Assembly: GCA_040880105.1 (NCBI GenBank) | Contig: JBBDJA010000001.1 | Location: forward strand, 130,390 to 194,389 | DNA length: 64,000 nt | From: Waddliaceae bacterium | GTDB taxonomy: Bacteria > Chlamydiota > Chlamydiia > Chlamydiales > SLOH01 | Direction of reading: 5' to 3' | In this document: piece after piece, positions 18,931 through 27,932 of the stretch | Numbering within the stretch: the stretch's first letter is position 1 | Layout of the letters: every line of letters begins with the position of its first letter | Position numbers and translations under genes: made by a program | The notes under the pieces: model-generated | The model's input: the letters and a program-made list of their open reading frames with translations, nothing else | Databases searched by the model: none | What the model was told of the DNA's origin: nothing

Positions 18931-19826
18931 AAGCTGCATTTCTCTTTCCCGGTCAAGGGGCACAAAAAGTTGCTATGGGCAAAGATTTTTACGATCAATT
19001 TCCCATTGCAAAAGAGACTTTTGAAGAAGCAGATGATCGTCTTAAGCGTAAGTTGTCGACAACGATTTTCAAAGGGCCCGAAAAGGAACTCACTCTCACA
19101 AGTAACAGCCAACTTGCCATTTTCGTGACAAGCATCGCCATGTATAGGGTTCTAGCAAGTCTCTACTCCATTCAGCCCGAAATGTGCGCGGGTTTAAGCT
19201 TAGGTGAATATACAGCCCTTTGCGCTGCCGGGTTCTTAGATTTTTCTGAATGTTTAACACTTGTTAAACATCGCGGAGAATTTATGCATCAATGCTGTGA
19301 AAGGGTGGAAGGCAGAATGGCTGTTGTCCTTGGTCTTTCCGATGAAAAGGTACAGGAGCTTTCTATTCCGGATCAACTTTGGATTGCAAACCTCAACTGC
19401 CCGGGTCAGGTTGTGATTTCCGGCACCGTGAAAGGCGTTGAAGTAGGCGGAAAAAGAGCTCTTGCGCTCGGTGCAAAACGCGTGTTGCCATTAAATGTCC
19501 ATGGTGCATTCCATAGTGGGCTCATGAGCCGGGCTCAAGAAAATCTCTCTCCATATATTGACGAGGCGGCATTTAAGGAGAGCGACACTCCGGTAGTCAT
19601 GAATGTAACCGGCAAACCGGTAAGAGAGATTCAGACGATAAAAGAACTCCTCAAACAGCAAGTGACACATTCCGTGCTTTGGGAAGAGGGGATTCATCAG
19701 ATGAAGGTTGAGCGCTTTATAGAATTCGGGCCCGGTCGCTCCCTCTCCGGACTAAATCGCAAGATCGGAATCACAAGCCAAATGCAATCAATCGATAACA
19801 TTGAAGACCTAAAGGAATTTGAATGA
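18927..19826 (+). CDS. fabD: Malonyl-CoA:ACP transacylase
   Basis: FPGQGAQ and GLSLGEY motifs. Start placed at GTG 18927 (GTGA overlap with the fabH stop, GGAGGGAG upstream). The track ORF begins at 18894. Confidence 0.85.
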   Translation: MKAAFLFPGQGAQKVAMGKDFYDQFPIAKETFEEADDRLKRKLSTTIFKGPEKELTLTSNSQLAIFVTSIAMYRVLASLYSIQPEMCAGLSLGEYTALCAAGFLDFSECLTLVKHRGEFMHQCCERVEGRMAVVLGLSDEKVQELSIPDQLWIANLNCPGQVVISGTVKGVEVGGKRALALGAKRVLPLNVHGAFHSGLMSRAQENLSPYIDEAAFKESDTPVVMNVTGKPVREIQTIKELLKQQVTHSVLWEEGIHQMKVERFIEFGPGRSLSGLNRKIGITSQMQSIDNIEDLKEFE

Positions 19827-20536
19827 GACTTGACGGGAAAACAGCAGTAGTCACAGGTGGAACAGCTGGAATCGGCAAAGCAATTGCAATCGCTTTTTCA
19901 GAAGCTGGCGCAGATGTCATTATCTTTGGAACAAATCAAGAGCGCGGAGATAAGGTTGCATCTGATATTCAGGGCCGTTTCGTTTCAGTTGACGTCTCAA
20001 ACTATAATCAAGTTAAAGAAGCCATCCAGAACATCGGCACTATCGATATCCTCGTTAACAATGCGGGTATCAACCAAGATAATTTGCTCCTTCGAATGAC
20101 AGAAGAGGAGTGGGACCGTGTGATTGATGTAAATCTTAAGTCCTGCTTCAATACATGTAAGGCTGCGCTCCGAAGCATGATTAAATCAAAGTATGGGAAA
20201 ATTATTAATATTTCCTCTGTTGTGGGTATTTCCGGAAATCCAGGCCAAGTCAACTACGCAGCTTCAAAGTCCGGGATGATTGGATTTTCTAAAACTCTAG
20301 CAAAAGAGGTCGCAAGCCGAAACATTTGTATCAACTGCATCGCTCCAGGTTTTATTGAGACCCCTATGACAGACCGTTTAACAGAAAATCAGACAAAAGA
20401 AATTTTAGACACAATTCCCCTGCGCCGCTTAGGCAAACCGGATGATATCGCGCAGATGGCCTTATTTTTATCAAGCCCTCTATCTGATTACATTACCGGA
20501 CAAGTATTTGTGGTCGATGGCGGAAGAACTATTTAA
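19823..20536 (+). CDS. fabG: 3-oxoacyl-ACP reductase
   Basis: [14 protein letters not shown] and YAASK (Y-x3-K) motifs. ATGA overlap with fabD. Confidence 0.9.
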   Translation: MRLDGKTAVVTGGTAGIGKAIAIAFSEAGADVIIFGTNQERGDKVASDIQGRFVSVDVSNYNQVKEAIQNIGTIDILVNNAGINQDNLLLRMTEEEWDRVIDVNLKSCFNTCKAALRSMIKSKYGKIINISSVVGISGNPGQVNYAASKSGMIGFSKTLAKEVASRNICINCIAPGFIETPMTDRLTENQTKEILDTIPLRRLGKPDDIAQMALFLSSPLSDYITGQVFVVDGGRTI

Positions 20537-20558
20537 ATCAATCATTGAGGAACAAAAG

Positions 20559-20795
20559 ATGACAATTCAAGATAAAGTTGTTGAAATTATTGTAGAACAA
20601 CTCGGAACTGAAAGAGAACAAGTGAAGCCGGAGAAATCTTTCGTAGAAGATTTTAATGCCGACTCATTAGATATCATGGAACTGGTTATGACCTTTGAAG
20701 AAAATTTTGGAATTGAAATTCCGGAAGGGGAAGCCGAAAAGATGAAAACTGTCGGCGATGTCATTACATATATTGAAACTCACGTAAAAGAGTAG
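20559..20795 (+). CDS. acpP: Acyl carrier protein
   Basis: 78-aa product with the phosphopantetheine site DLNADSLD-type motif ([12 protein letters not shown]). Internal ATG 20559 of track ORF 20442-20795. Confidence 0.9.
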   Translation: MTIQDKVVEIIVEQLGTEREQVKPEKSFVEDFNADSLDIMELVMTFEENFGIEIPEGEAEKMKTVGDVITYIETHVKE

Positions 20796-20995
20796 GTTTC
20801 AAGCGGCCTGTCCAATCTCTGGATAGGCCTTATTTGTCCTTTAAGATACAATACACATATCAAAACTTACGGAAATGAGTAGGTTTCATTCGATCTGTTA
20901 GGTCTCTGGATAGGCCTTATTTGTCCTTTAAGATACAATACATATATCAAGTCTTACGCAAAAGAGTAGGTTTCATTCGACCTGTTAGGTCTCAG
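20781..20995. repeat. 87-bp tandem repeat, about 2.5 copies
   Basis: GAGTAGG recurs at 20790, 20877 and 20964 (period 87). Copies are roughly 85% identical by hand alignment. Copy 1 includes the last codons of acpP and its terminator. Confidence 0.85.
20805..20842 (+). terminator. acpP intrinsic terminator
   Basis: GGCCTGTCCA-ATCTC-TGGATAGGCC (10-bp stem with one G-T pair), followed by TTATTTGTCCTTT. Confidence 0.6.
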
Positions 20996-21016
20996 AATAT
21001 ACCTCTTGTTTTTCTT

Positions 21017-22306
21017 TTATACAGGGTTGGACACGGCGGATTCGCGAGCTGTCTCCTTTTTAATCGTTGACTTTAGAGCAAGCACAACAATAAATAGCAG
21101 AATTGCAAAAATTAAACCTAAAAATTTGCTGTTAAGATAAGGCACACTTAGAATGATTCCGCTAATCAACATTCCGATTGGCTCAAAAAATGACTCAATG
21201 AGAACTCTTACCTGATTTTTGTAGCTTGGAGGCAACTTTTTGACTAGAAGACTAAAATTACTATCGTCAATAACATAGAGAGTCCCTTCGACGATAAACA
21301 CGCCGATCAGTGGAAAAAGAAATAAGTCGTAAAGGTACCAACCGCAAAACATCACCAAAAATAGTGTTGGAGTATACAAAAGGACGTTCCAAATACCGTA
21401 ACGCTCGATCGCACGACTGTAAAAAAATAGGCCAAAGATTAGATTAAAAATGCCGACGATTGAAATGCAGAGCCCCATAAATTGAGGAAGAGGCGACTGC
21501 TGTTCGTTAGTCATCCTTTGAAAATGCATTTCAAACGCTTGTAAATAGTTGTATTCCGTGATCACCCATAAAAGAAAAGTCAATAAATTGGCCACAATCA
21601 CAAGTTTGGCAAATTTTGACGCTGCAATTCCATTTACAAGTTTAGATAACGAAAACGGGTAATGCACATTCTTAGTCTTAGAGGCGCATCCCATTTTCGA
21701 GGAGATAAGTGAGATCCAAAGGCCTGTAAAGAGCACAATTGTAGTCATTAAGATCGTAAAGACCGTTCGATTTAAAAGCCCGGTTCTCATGACGATTCCG
21801 GTCGTGATTGCCCCCATAAAAATCATTGAGCTAAACATACCAAAAAGACGCTTCGCTCGGTGGGTTTCGTAATAATAGTCAATGAGAGTCCAAATCGCTG
21901 TAATGCCGACAGTAAATAATTGCGTGCCGAAAACATTTAAGGCAAACCAAAGCGCGCGCGTTTGAGTCCCGATCTCTGTAATAAAGCAAAATGAGACAAA
22001 ACTGTAAAATAGAAGGGCTGCAACAATCACAGCTCTAAATATATAGATCACCGGATAGCGGCTATATGAAAAAACTAAAATTGCCGAAAGAAGGATCATT
22101 CCTAAAGATTCATATCGATACGTTGCAGGTAGATACTCAGATCCAATTTGAAGGATAAACAGGGAATCGGAATACTTCATTCCAAGTGTGATAGCAAATG
22201 ACCAGACATAGCAAAGTACGCAAAAGAGTAACGTAGATTTAGCGTCTTCTCTGTCTAGATTAAATGCCCTAAGTATAAGTTCACTCAATGAAAATAACCC
22301 CCTCAT
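21017..22306 (-). CDS. Polytopic membrane transporter (about 11-12 TM), family unresolved (MFS or ATP/ADP-translocase-like)
   Basis: Strongly hydrophobic throughout. The N-terminal region (ITLGMKYSDSLFILQIGSEYLP) is reminiscent of TLC/MFS-type carriers. Confidence 0.4.
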   Translation of the reverse strand: MRGLFSLSELILRAFNLDREDAKSTLLFCVLCYVWSFAITLGMKYSDSLFILQIGSEYLPATYRYESLGMILLSAILVFSYSRYPVIYIFRAVIVAALLFYSFVSFCFITEIGTQTRALWFALNVFGTQLFTVGITAIWTLIDYYYETHRAKRLFGMFSSMIFMGAITTGIVMRTGLLNRTVFTILMTTIVLFTGLWISLISSKMGCASKTKNVHYPFSLSKLVNGIAASKFAKLVIVANLLTFLLWVITEYNYLQAFEMHFQRMTNEQQSPLPQFMGLCISIVGIFNLIFGLFFYSRAIERYGIWNVLLYTPTLFLVMFCGWYLYDLFLFPLIGVFIVEGTLYVIDDSNFSLLVKKLPPSYKNQVRVLIESFFEPIGMLISGIILSVPYLNSKFLGLIFAILLFIVVLALKSTIKKETARESAVSNPV

Positions 22307-22403
22307 TAAACAAAAATTATAATTGAAAATCGAATAAAAATCTACTGTAAAAAAAGAAGCGTAGTTGCTAGTATACCCTTTAATTTTGAGAAAGGGAGAA
22401 ATA

Positions 22404-23357
22404 ATGGATCGAGCACCTGTCGTAATTATTGGTTCAGGACCAGCCGGCTACACTGCGGCCATCTACGCATCAAGAGCAAATTTAGAGCCAGTAATGTTTG
22501 AAGGGTTTTATTCCGGCCCCGCAGGCGGACAATTAATGACGACAACTGATGTCGAGAATTACCCGGGATTTCCTAGCGGGGTGATGGGTCCTGACTTAAT
22601 GCAAAATTTTCGCAAGCAAGCTGAAAGATTCGGAACGAAATTTTTTACAGATGATGTTGTTGATGTCGATTTTAGCGCCCATCCCTATACAGTTAAAGGA
22701 AAGAAACACAGTGTCTTAGCAGATAGTGTGATTATAGCGACCGGGGCCAGCGCAAATCGTCTGGCAATTCCTGGCAGTGGGGATGATGAATTTTGGCAAA
22801 AAGGGGTGACAGCATGTGCCATTTGCGATGGAGCAGCTCCAATTTTTAGAAACGGACGTTTATTTGTGATCGGCGGCGGAGACTCTGCTTGTGAAGAGGC
22901 GATTTATCTTACGAAATTTGGAAGGGAAGTCTTTCTTGTCCATCGACGCGATGAGCTCCGAGCTTCAAAAATCATGCAGCAGCGTGCCATCAATCACCCA
23001 AAAGTTACGATTTTATGGGATACGATCCTCACCAAAATCGATGGGGACACTGTAGTTAAAGAAGTCGCTCTTAAAAATCTTAAAACCGAAGAAGAGAGAG
23101 TAGAAGAGGCAAATGGGGTCTTTTTTGCAATTGGACACACACCCAATACTGCATTCCTTAAAGGTAAGGTGAAGCTTCACGATAATGGCTATATCGCGGT
23201 AGACCCCGGTACAACAAAAACAAATATTGACCTTGTCTTTGCTTGCGGAGATGTGCAAGATCACGTGTACCGTCAAGCAATTACAGCTGCTGGAACCGGA
23301 TGTATGGCAGCCATTGAGGCTGAACGTACCTTAAGCGAAAGAGGAATTATTCAATAG
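22404..23357 (+). CDS. trxB: Thioredoxin-disulfide reductase
   Basis: GSGPAGYTAA FAD site, redox CAICDG and GGGDSA NADPH site. ATG 22404 has GGGAGA upstream. The track ORF starts at TTG 22365. Confidence 0.9.
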   Translation: MDRAPVVIIGSGPAGYTAAIYASRANLEPVMFEGFYSGPAGGQLMTTTDVENYPGFPSGVMGPDLMQNFRKQAERFGTKFFTDDVVDVDFSAHPYTVKGKKHSVLADSVIIATGASANRLAIPGSGDDEFWQKGVTACAICDGAAPIFRNGRLFVIGGGDSACEEAIYLTKFGREVFLVHRRDELRASKIMQQRAINHPKVTILWDTILTKIDGDTVVKEVALKNLKTEEERVEEANGVFFAIGHTPNTAFLKGKVKLHDNGYIAVDPGTTKTNIDLVFACGDVQDHVYRQAITAAGTGCMAAIEAERTLSERGIIQ

Positions 23358-24160
23358 TGCGTCACATCCTCTTATGCTTATTTTTCCCACTTTCATGCAT
23401 TGCCACTCAGCTAGCCCCGTGGTTTAAAACGAGTTTAGAGATGTACCCTTACGCTAGCTACCAACTGCAGCAGTATAATGATGTACAAACAGCATTTGGC
23501 TCTGTCCCAAGATCTACTGTAGACCATTTTGTTACTCTTGGAATTTATACATTTTATGACATTTATGCAGCAGAAGCCGAGATTTTATTAGCTGAAACAA
23601 AAAGCAACCCATTTGGTTTTGATTCTACTAAGATTACTTTAAGATATCGATGGCTGGACGATATTATCGGAGATTATATGAGTGTTGTGTTTGGAACCTC
23701 ATATATCCAAACTGTCACTAAGAGAAGAGACGATATCAGCAGTTTTCATCACGGAAATGTAGAAGGGGAGTTTCATGTCTCGGCAGGAAAAGAGTTCTCC
23801 TGCGGTCACTTTTGGTATTCTAGATATTGGGGTCTTGCTGCTATTGGGGTCGCTGATAAAGGATCGCCATGGCTTCGGGGGCACCTTCAGTTTGATTATA
23901 ATCATTTCGACCTCCATCGGTATGGTATTTTTCTGCAAACGTTGGTCGGACTCGGAAATCAAAAGCTCAATTTAAATCAGCCGTTTCATGGATATGGTCC
24001 AATTCACCATCAAAGCGTCAATGTAGGTGTAGAGTATCGATACGATAGCTTTTGTTTTGGGATTCTTGAAGTCGAATATAAACGTCGATTATTTGCGAGA
24101 AACTTTCCTGAAGATGTGAATCTTTTTAAATTGACCTACACCTATCCCTTTGGACTCTAA
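23357..24160 (+). CDS. Hypothetical exported protein, possible outer-membrane beta-barrel
   Basis: GTG start overlaps the trxB stop by 1 nt. It has a signal peptide (MRHILLCLFFPLSCIATQ), aromatic-rich alternating segments and a C-terminal YTYPFGL. Confidence 0.45.
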   Translation: MRHILLCLFFPLSCIATQLAPWFKTSLEMYPYASYQLQQYNDVQTAFGSVPRSTVDHFVTLGIYTFYDIYAAEAEILLAETKSNPFGFDSTKITLRYRWLDDIIGDYMSVVFGTSYIQTVTKRRDDISSFHHGNVEGEFHVSAGKEFSCGHFWYSRYWGLAAIGVADKGSPWLRGHLQFDYNHFDLHRYGIFLQTLVGLGNQKLNLNQPFHGYGPIHHQSVNVGVEYRYDSFCFGILEVEYKRRLFARNFPEDVNLFKLTYTYPFGL

Positions 24161-25450
24161 TAGTTTTTGATACAATAGTTTAAAAGGCAAGATGGGGACC
24201 TGGATCAAAAAGTAAAGAAATATCTTTAAAAAACTCCAGAATACGTTTAATTTTGCAACAAGAACATGAAAGACTTGCACTGCAAGCCGACACACCTTAA
24301 CAACTATTGCATAGAGCCATTTCAGCCATTTAGAAAATACCGAAAGCGCTCTCTCTGTTGTCAATACCACCTTGTTTAGAATGACCTGAATTCTCTTCGC
24401 AACAACGCCGGGAGGCTTTTGCTTTCTTGATCCCTTTCGTTCCCTGTTTTGACTAAACTTAAATAGTGGCATAATCAGCGAAAGGGGGGGGAGAATCACA
24501 TATTGATACACATTTTCTGCCACACTCTTTACACTTTCCACACCCTTTTCAGAGACATTTTGAACTTTCGAGATGAGCTCCCGAGATTTTTCTCGTAGCT
24601 TCTCAAGAGGAGCGTCAATAGCTTTTCGTACTGCCTTTTCTACAAATTTCAACCTTTCATTTATTTTGAAACCGAAGTTTCCAACGCTTGATATCAATTT
24701 TTCTACAACGACCTGAACCGGCTTCATAAGAGCTTTCCCTCTCTGCATCATCTGAATAAGGGGCGCTAGCGAGTGAACGCCGCTCATAAGGAGTGCATTA
24801 AACTGATTAAGCTTCACGTTTGAATATGTTAACAATTGAGCAAGTGGCCTTCCAAGCTTTGATACTATTTTTGTGAAGAGTTGCCTATCTTGAATATTTT
24901 TAAACAAGAGAGATAACTTTTCACTGATTATGTTTACGGGAATAAGGAGAAGTTGAGCAGATTGTCTCAAAGCTTTTAATGAGAAGAGAAGACCGTTTTG
25001 CAGTGCACTTGAAAGCTTTGAAAAGGCGAGCTTAATGGGGGGGCCAAATTTTGCAAGTTGCATTTTTTGAAAATTAAGAATGGACCTTAAAATGGTTTGT
25101 GAGAAATTTTTAACGATCTTCAATAGTGGACGAAATTTTGTTACAAAAATCCAGTTAGGAATTTTTAAAAAAATGAAGATCGGAAGAGAAGCTAAAATTA
25201 AAAGTGCGGTACGACCCAAACTGATCACTCGCAGCTTTTTTGATCCGCTGTTTAGATTGCCACTTTTTATTAGTTGATGAAATTGATCAAGTAGCGTTTT
25301 TTCTTCGATAGAGGAGATCGTATCTTTGTTTTTCGACAAAGACAACTTCTTGTGCGCTTTTAGGCTTGCGTTGCTTGTATCATAGGGATTCACATACCTT
25401 GAACAGCTTTGAATAGAGTTTTTATAAATATCTTGCTTTCCCATATACAA
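24089..25450 (-). CDS. Hypothetical membrane protein rich in amphipathic helices
   Basis: 453-aa ORF with a hydrophobic segment (ALLILASLPIFIFLKIPNWIFV) and long Lys/Leu-rich helical stretches. Confidence 0.5.
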   Translation of the reverse strand: MYMGKQDIYKNSIQSCSRYVNPYDTSNASLKAHKKLSLSKNKDTISSIEEKTLLDQFHQLIKSGNLNSGSKKLRVISLGRTALLILASLPIFIFLKIPNWIFVTKFRPLLKIVKNFSQTILRSILNFQKMQLAKFGPPIKLAFSKLSSALQNGLLFSLKALRQSAQLLLIPVNIISEKLSLLFKNIQDRQLFTKIVSKLGRPLAQLLTYSNVKLNQFNALLMSGVHSLAPLIQMMQRGKALMKPVQVVVEKLISSVGNFGFKINERLKFVEKAVRKAIDAPLEKLREKSRELISKVQNVSEKGVESVKSVAENVYQYVILPPLSLIMPLFKFSQNRERKGSRKQKPPGVVAKRIQVILNKVVLTTERALSVFSKWLKWLYAIVVKVCRLAVQVFHVLVAKLNVFWSFLKIFLYFLIQVPILPFKLLYQKLLESKGIGVGQFKKIHIFRKVSRK

Positions 25451-25670
25451 ACCTTATAAAGGTAAAAAATAATTTACACAAAAAATTATTAATTGTCAAT
25501 AAAAGGAAGATCGGGATTACTCGGGTTCTATTAAATTATGTATGATGTTTTTCTATAATCAAAAAAATATCGATCAAACTTCAAGAAAAGGCGCTAAATT
25601 TAACAACATGAGTTTTTCAGTAATAAGTATCGAATAGATACCTCTACTTGCATAAATGTGCAATCTTGAC

Positions 25671-25699
25671 TTGCAGATTTTTCTAGGATTTCCTATAAT
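25671..25699 (+). promoter_or_regulatory. Sigma-70-type promoter for the small-ORF/ybeY transcription unit
   Basis: TTGCAG (25671-25676), a 17-nt spacer, then consensus TATAAT (25694-25699). It is about 30 nt upstream of an SD-led ATG. Confidence 0.5.
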
Positions 25700-25728
25700 A
25701 CTCCTAATTCGATAAAGGAGAAGTTCCA

Positions 25729-25902
25729 ATGGTTAGAATCAGCAAGCAAAATCAGCGTCGGGCAACTTCGCCGCGTAAGCCAAAAATAGGCGCCGAAAAG
25801 ACAGGCCCAAAAAAGGATAATCTATCTAAGGGTTATCGTGAGCACGAAAATGCTGTTCCAAGTAAACATTCAGAGTCAATTTTTGTTGGTAAGGTAGGTT
25901 AG
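25729..25902 (+). CDS. Small basic protein (57 aa), not in the ORF track
   Basis: AAAGGAG (25714-25720), then ATG 25729. Product: MVRISKQNQRRATSPRKPKIGAEKTGPKKDNLSKGYREHENAVPSKHSESIFVGKVG. TAG at 25900-25902. Confidence 0.5.
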   Translation: MVRISKQNQRRATSPRKPKIGAEKTGPKKDNLSKGYREHENAVPSKHSESIFVGKVG

Positions 25903-25904
25903 AT

Positions 25905-26060
25905 ATGTCAAGACACCCAAGTTACGGTAAAAGCACAAGTGGCGTTAAGAAGCGCAATGTATTAAAACGTTTTGAACGTGTAGACCGACTCAAAGAACTC
26001 GGAAAATGGGACAAGGATACGAAAAGGGTAACAGGACTACCAAAGACGCCTGTAAATTAA
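25905..26060 (+). CDS. Small basic protein (51 aa), not in the ORF track
   Basis: AAGGTAGG (25891-25898), then ATG 25905. Product: MSRHPSYGKSTSGVKKRNVLKRFERVDRLKELGKWDKDTKRVTGLPKTPVN. The TAA is 3 nt before the ybeY GTG. Confidence 0.55.
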   Translation: MSRHPSYGKSTSGVKKRNVLKRFERVDRLKELGKWDKDTKRVTGLPKTPVN

Positions 26061-26063
26061 TAC

Positions 26064-26504
26064 GTGGATGTTTGCATACAAAACAAGCAGACCGATCTCT
26101 CAATTAATTTATCCAAAATCCCTTCAATCGTAGAGCAGGTTATCACATTTGAAAGGCAAAAGTGCGACGAAGTGGAAATCCATTTCGTCGACAAAAATAC
26201 AATAGCGTCACTTCATGACCAGTATTTTAATGACCCGACTCCAACAGACTGCATCTCATTCCCTCTTGATGGCGAGGAGTGTTCCCACTATCGACATATG
26301 GGAATTGTAGTGGTTTGTCCCCAAGTGGCTGTCGAATACGCCAAAGATCAATCTCTCGACCCTCAGAGAGAAACTATTCTCTATCTCGTTCATGGACTTT
26401 TGCACTTAATCGGGTATGACGATCAGAGTGATAAAGATCGCATGATCATGCGCCAATCAGAGAAAATGAATATGGAAATGCTTGAAGAGAAAAAACTTCT
26501 TTAG
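26064..26504 (+). CDS. ybeY: rRNA maturation endoribonuclease YbeY
   Basis: Zinc-site region VHGLLHLIGYDD and upstream PTDCISF. Confidence 0.85.
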   Translation: MDVCIQNKQTDLSINLSKIPSIVEQVITFERQKCDEVEIHFVDKNTIASLHDQYFNDPTPTDCISFPLDGEECSHYRHMGIVVVCPQVAVEYAKDQSLDPQRETILYLVHGLLHLIGYDDQSDKDRMIMRQSEKMNMEMLEEKKLL

Positions 26505-26600
26505 AATATAAATTCGTTTCAGTTATAGGTTAAACTGAAATGAAACATTCGAACTCAAAAATTTATCAAAAATTATTGTAATTTATCATAGGCACACACT

Positions 26601-27932
26601 TTGGATTCCGCTGGATATTTCATTTTTTTATTCATTTTTCTAATTGGCACATCCTCGCTAAACGCGCTGCAAAGCTCGCTTCGTCTGATGTACACTCGTG
26701 ACATGTCGCTTGAACTTTCCAATAAGTCGTTTTTCTATGGCTTTTTGCATCGCTTTTTCTTCACACAGGCAAAATATGAAGATTTTCTTTTCGCATTTAT
26801 TTGTACACAAAACATCACAAGATTTTTATTCGGATCGACAGCGATTTTATTTATATTCAGCGCTCATCCTCTCTTTTCCAATCTATTTGGTTTGGACTTG
26901 CTGATCACCGGATCCTTTTTTGTCATCATCTCTCTATTTTTTGGCGAGTACCTGCCGAGATTAATCGGTCTTCGACATCCACAGACGACCTACATTCTCA
27001 TAGCGCCTATCGCATCACTTTTTTTGTTAGCCGCCTTTCCTATTATCTGGATTAGCATAAAATTTTTAAAATTGATATTCGGCGATATTCACTTGGATCA
27101 TTTAAAAGAACCTATGACCAGAACCAAGCAGGAAATTTACGAAATGATTCATAAGAGTCGAGTAGAGAGCCATATTTCAAATGAAGAAAAGCGGTTGATC
27201 GAATCTGTTCTTACCTTTAAAGATCGAATTGCAAGAGAGATTATGGTTCCTCGCGTTGAATTGTTTATTCTCTCATCTGAAACCTCTATTCGCGAAGCTG
27301 CCAAACTGATCGATGAAGAAGGATTCAGCCGTATCCCAATCTATGAAGAGACTGTCGACAACATCGTCGGTGTTGTGATGTACAAGGACTTGATTAAGCA
27401 ATATATGGAATATGAGAAGACCCAAAACAATTCCATTTTGGATGCTCCTGTTAAATCCATTCAAAAGAGTGTTTTCTATATTCCGGAAACAAAAAAAATC
27501 TCGATTCTCCTTCAAGAATTTCGAAAAAAGCAAGTGCATATGGCAATCATTGTCGATGAGTACGGAGGGACTGAGGGCGTTGTAACCATTGAAGATATTC
27601 TAGAGGAAATTGTTGGTGAGATTTCTGATGAGTATGATGAAGAGGAAGAGCTTTTTATCGAAAAGAAGGAAGGCCACTGGATCGTAGACCCTAGAATGAG
27701 TATCATCGACGCTGAAGAGCAACTTGGGATCAAAATTCCCCAGGAAGGCGACTATGACACAATCGGTGGCTACATTTTTCATTCAACGGGAACTATTCCA
27801 CCTAAGGGTCTTGTCATACATCAAGAAAATTTCGACCTTGAAATTCTCAATTCAGATGAGAGACGAGTTGAAAAGGTATTGATTAAAAGACGAAGTGCCG
27901 CAGATGATGAGCGAGAAGATGACAACCGTTAA
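26601..27932 (+). CDS. CNNM/DUF21-CBS-CorC_HlyC family transporter (TlyC/CorC-like)
   Basis: N-terminal 4-TM DUF21-like region, a CBS pair (IMVPRVE..., FSRIPIYEE...), and a C-terminal CorC_HlyC-like domain. Confidence 0.8.
   Translation: MDSAGYFIFLFIFLIGTSSLNALQSSLRLMYTRDMSLELSNKSFFYGFLHRFFFTQAKYEDFLFAFICTQNITRFLFGSTAILFIFSAHPLFSNLFGLDLLITGSFFVIISLFFGEYLPRLIGLRHPQTTYILIAPIASLFLLAAFPIIWISIKFLKLIFGDIHLDHLKEPMTRTKQEIYEMIHKSRVESHISNEEKRLIESVLTFKDRIAREIMVPRVELFILSSETSIREAAKLIDEEGFSRIPIYEETVDNIVGVVMYKDLIKQYMEYEKTQNNSILDAPVKSIQKSVFYIPETKKISILLQEFRKKQVHMAIIVDEYGGTEGVVTIEDILEEIVGEISDEYDEEEELFIEKKEGHWIVDPRMSIIDAEEQLGIKIPQEGDYDTIGGYIFHSTGTIPPKGLVIHQENFDLEILNSDERRVEKVLIKRRSAADDEREDDNR

Noticed and set aside
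20442-20558. N-terminal extension of the acpP ORF overlapping the fabG 3' end
   Set aside because: ACPs are about 78 aa. The internal ATG 20559 gives a canonical ACP, and the extension overlaps fabG in another frame.
20781-20995. CRISPR-like array
   Set aside because: The repeats are contiguous 87-bp units with no unique spacers. There are no cas genes, and the units derive from the acpP 3' end. This is a tandem duplication, not CRISPR.
25590-25606. Sigma-54 promoter reading of GGCGC/GGCAC-N5-TTAA in the shared motif
   Set aside because: The -12 element is TTAA rather than TTGC (the invariant GC is missing). The second copy, at 62944-62960, has no plus-strand gene downstream.
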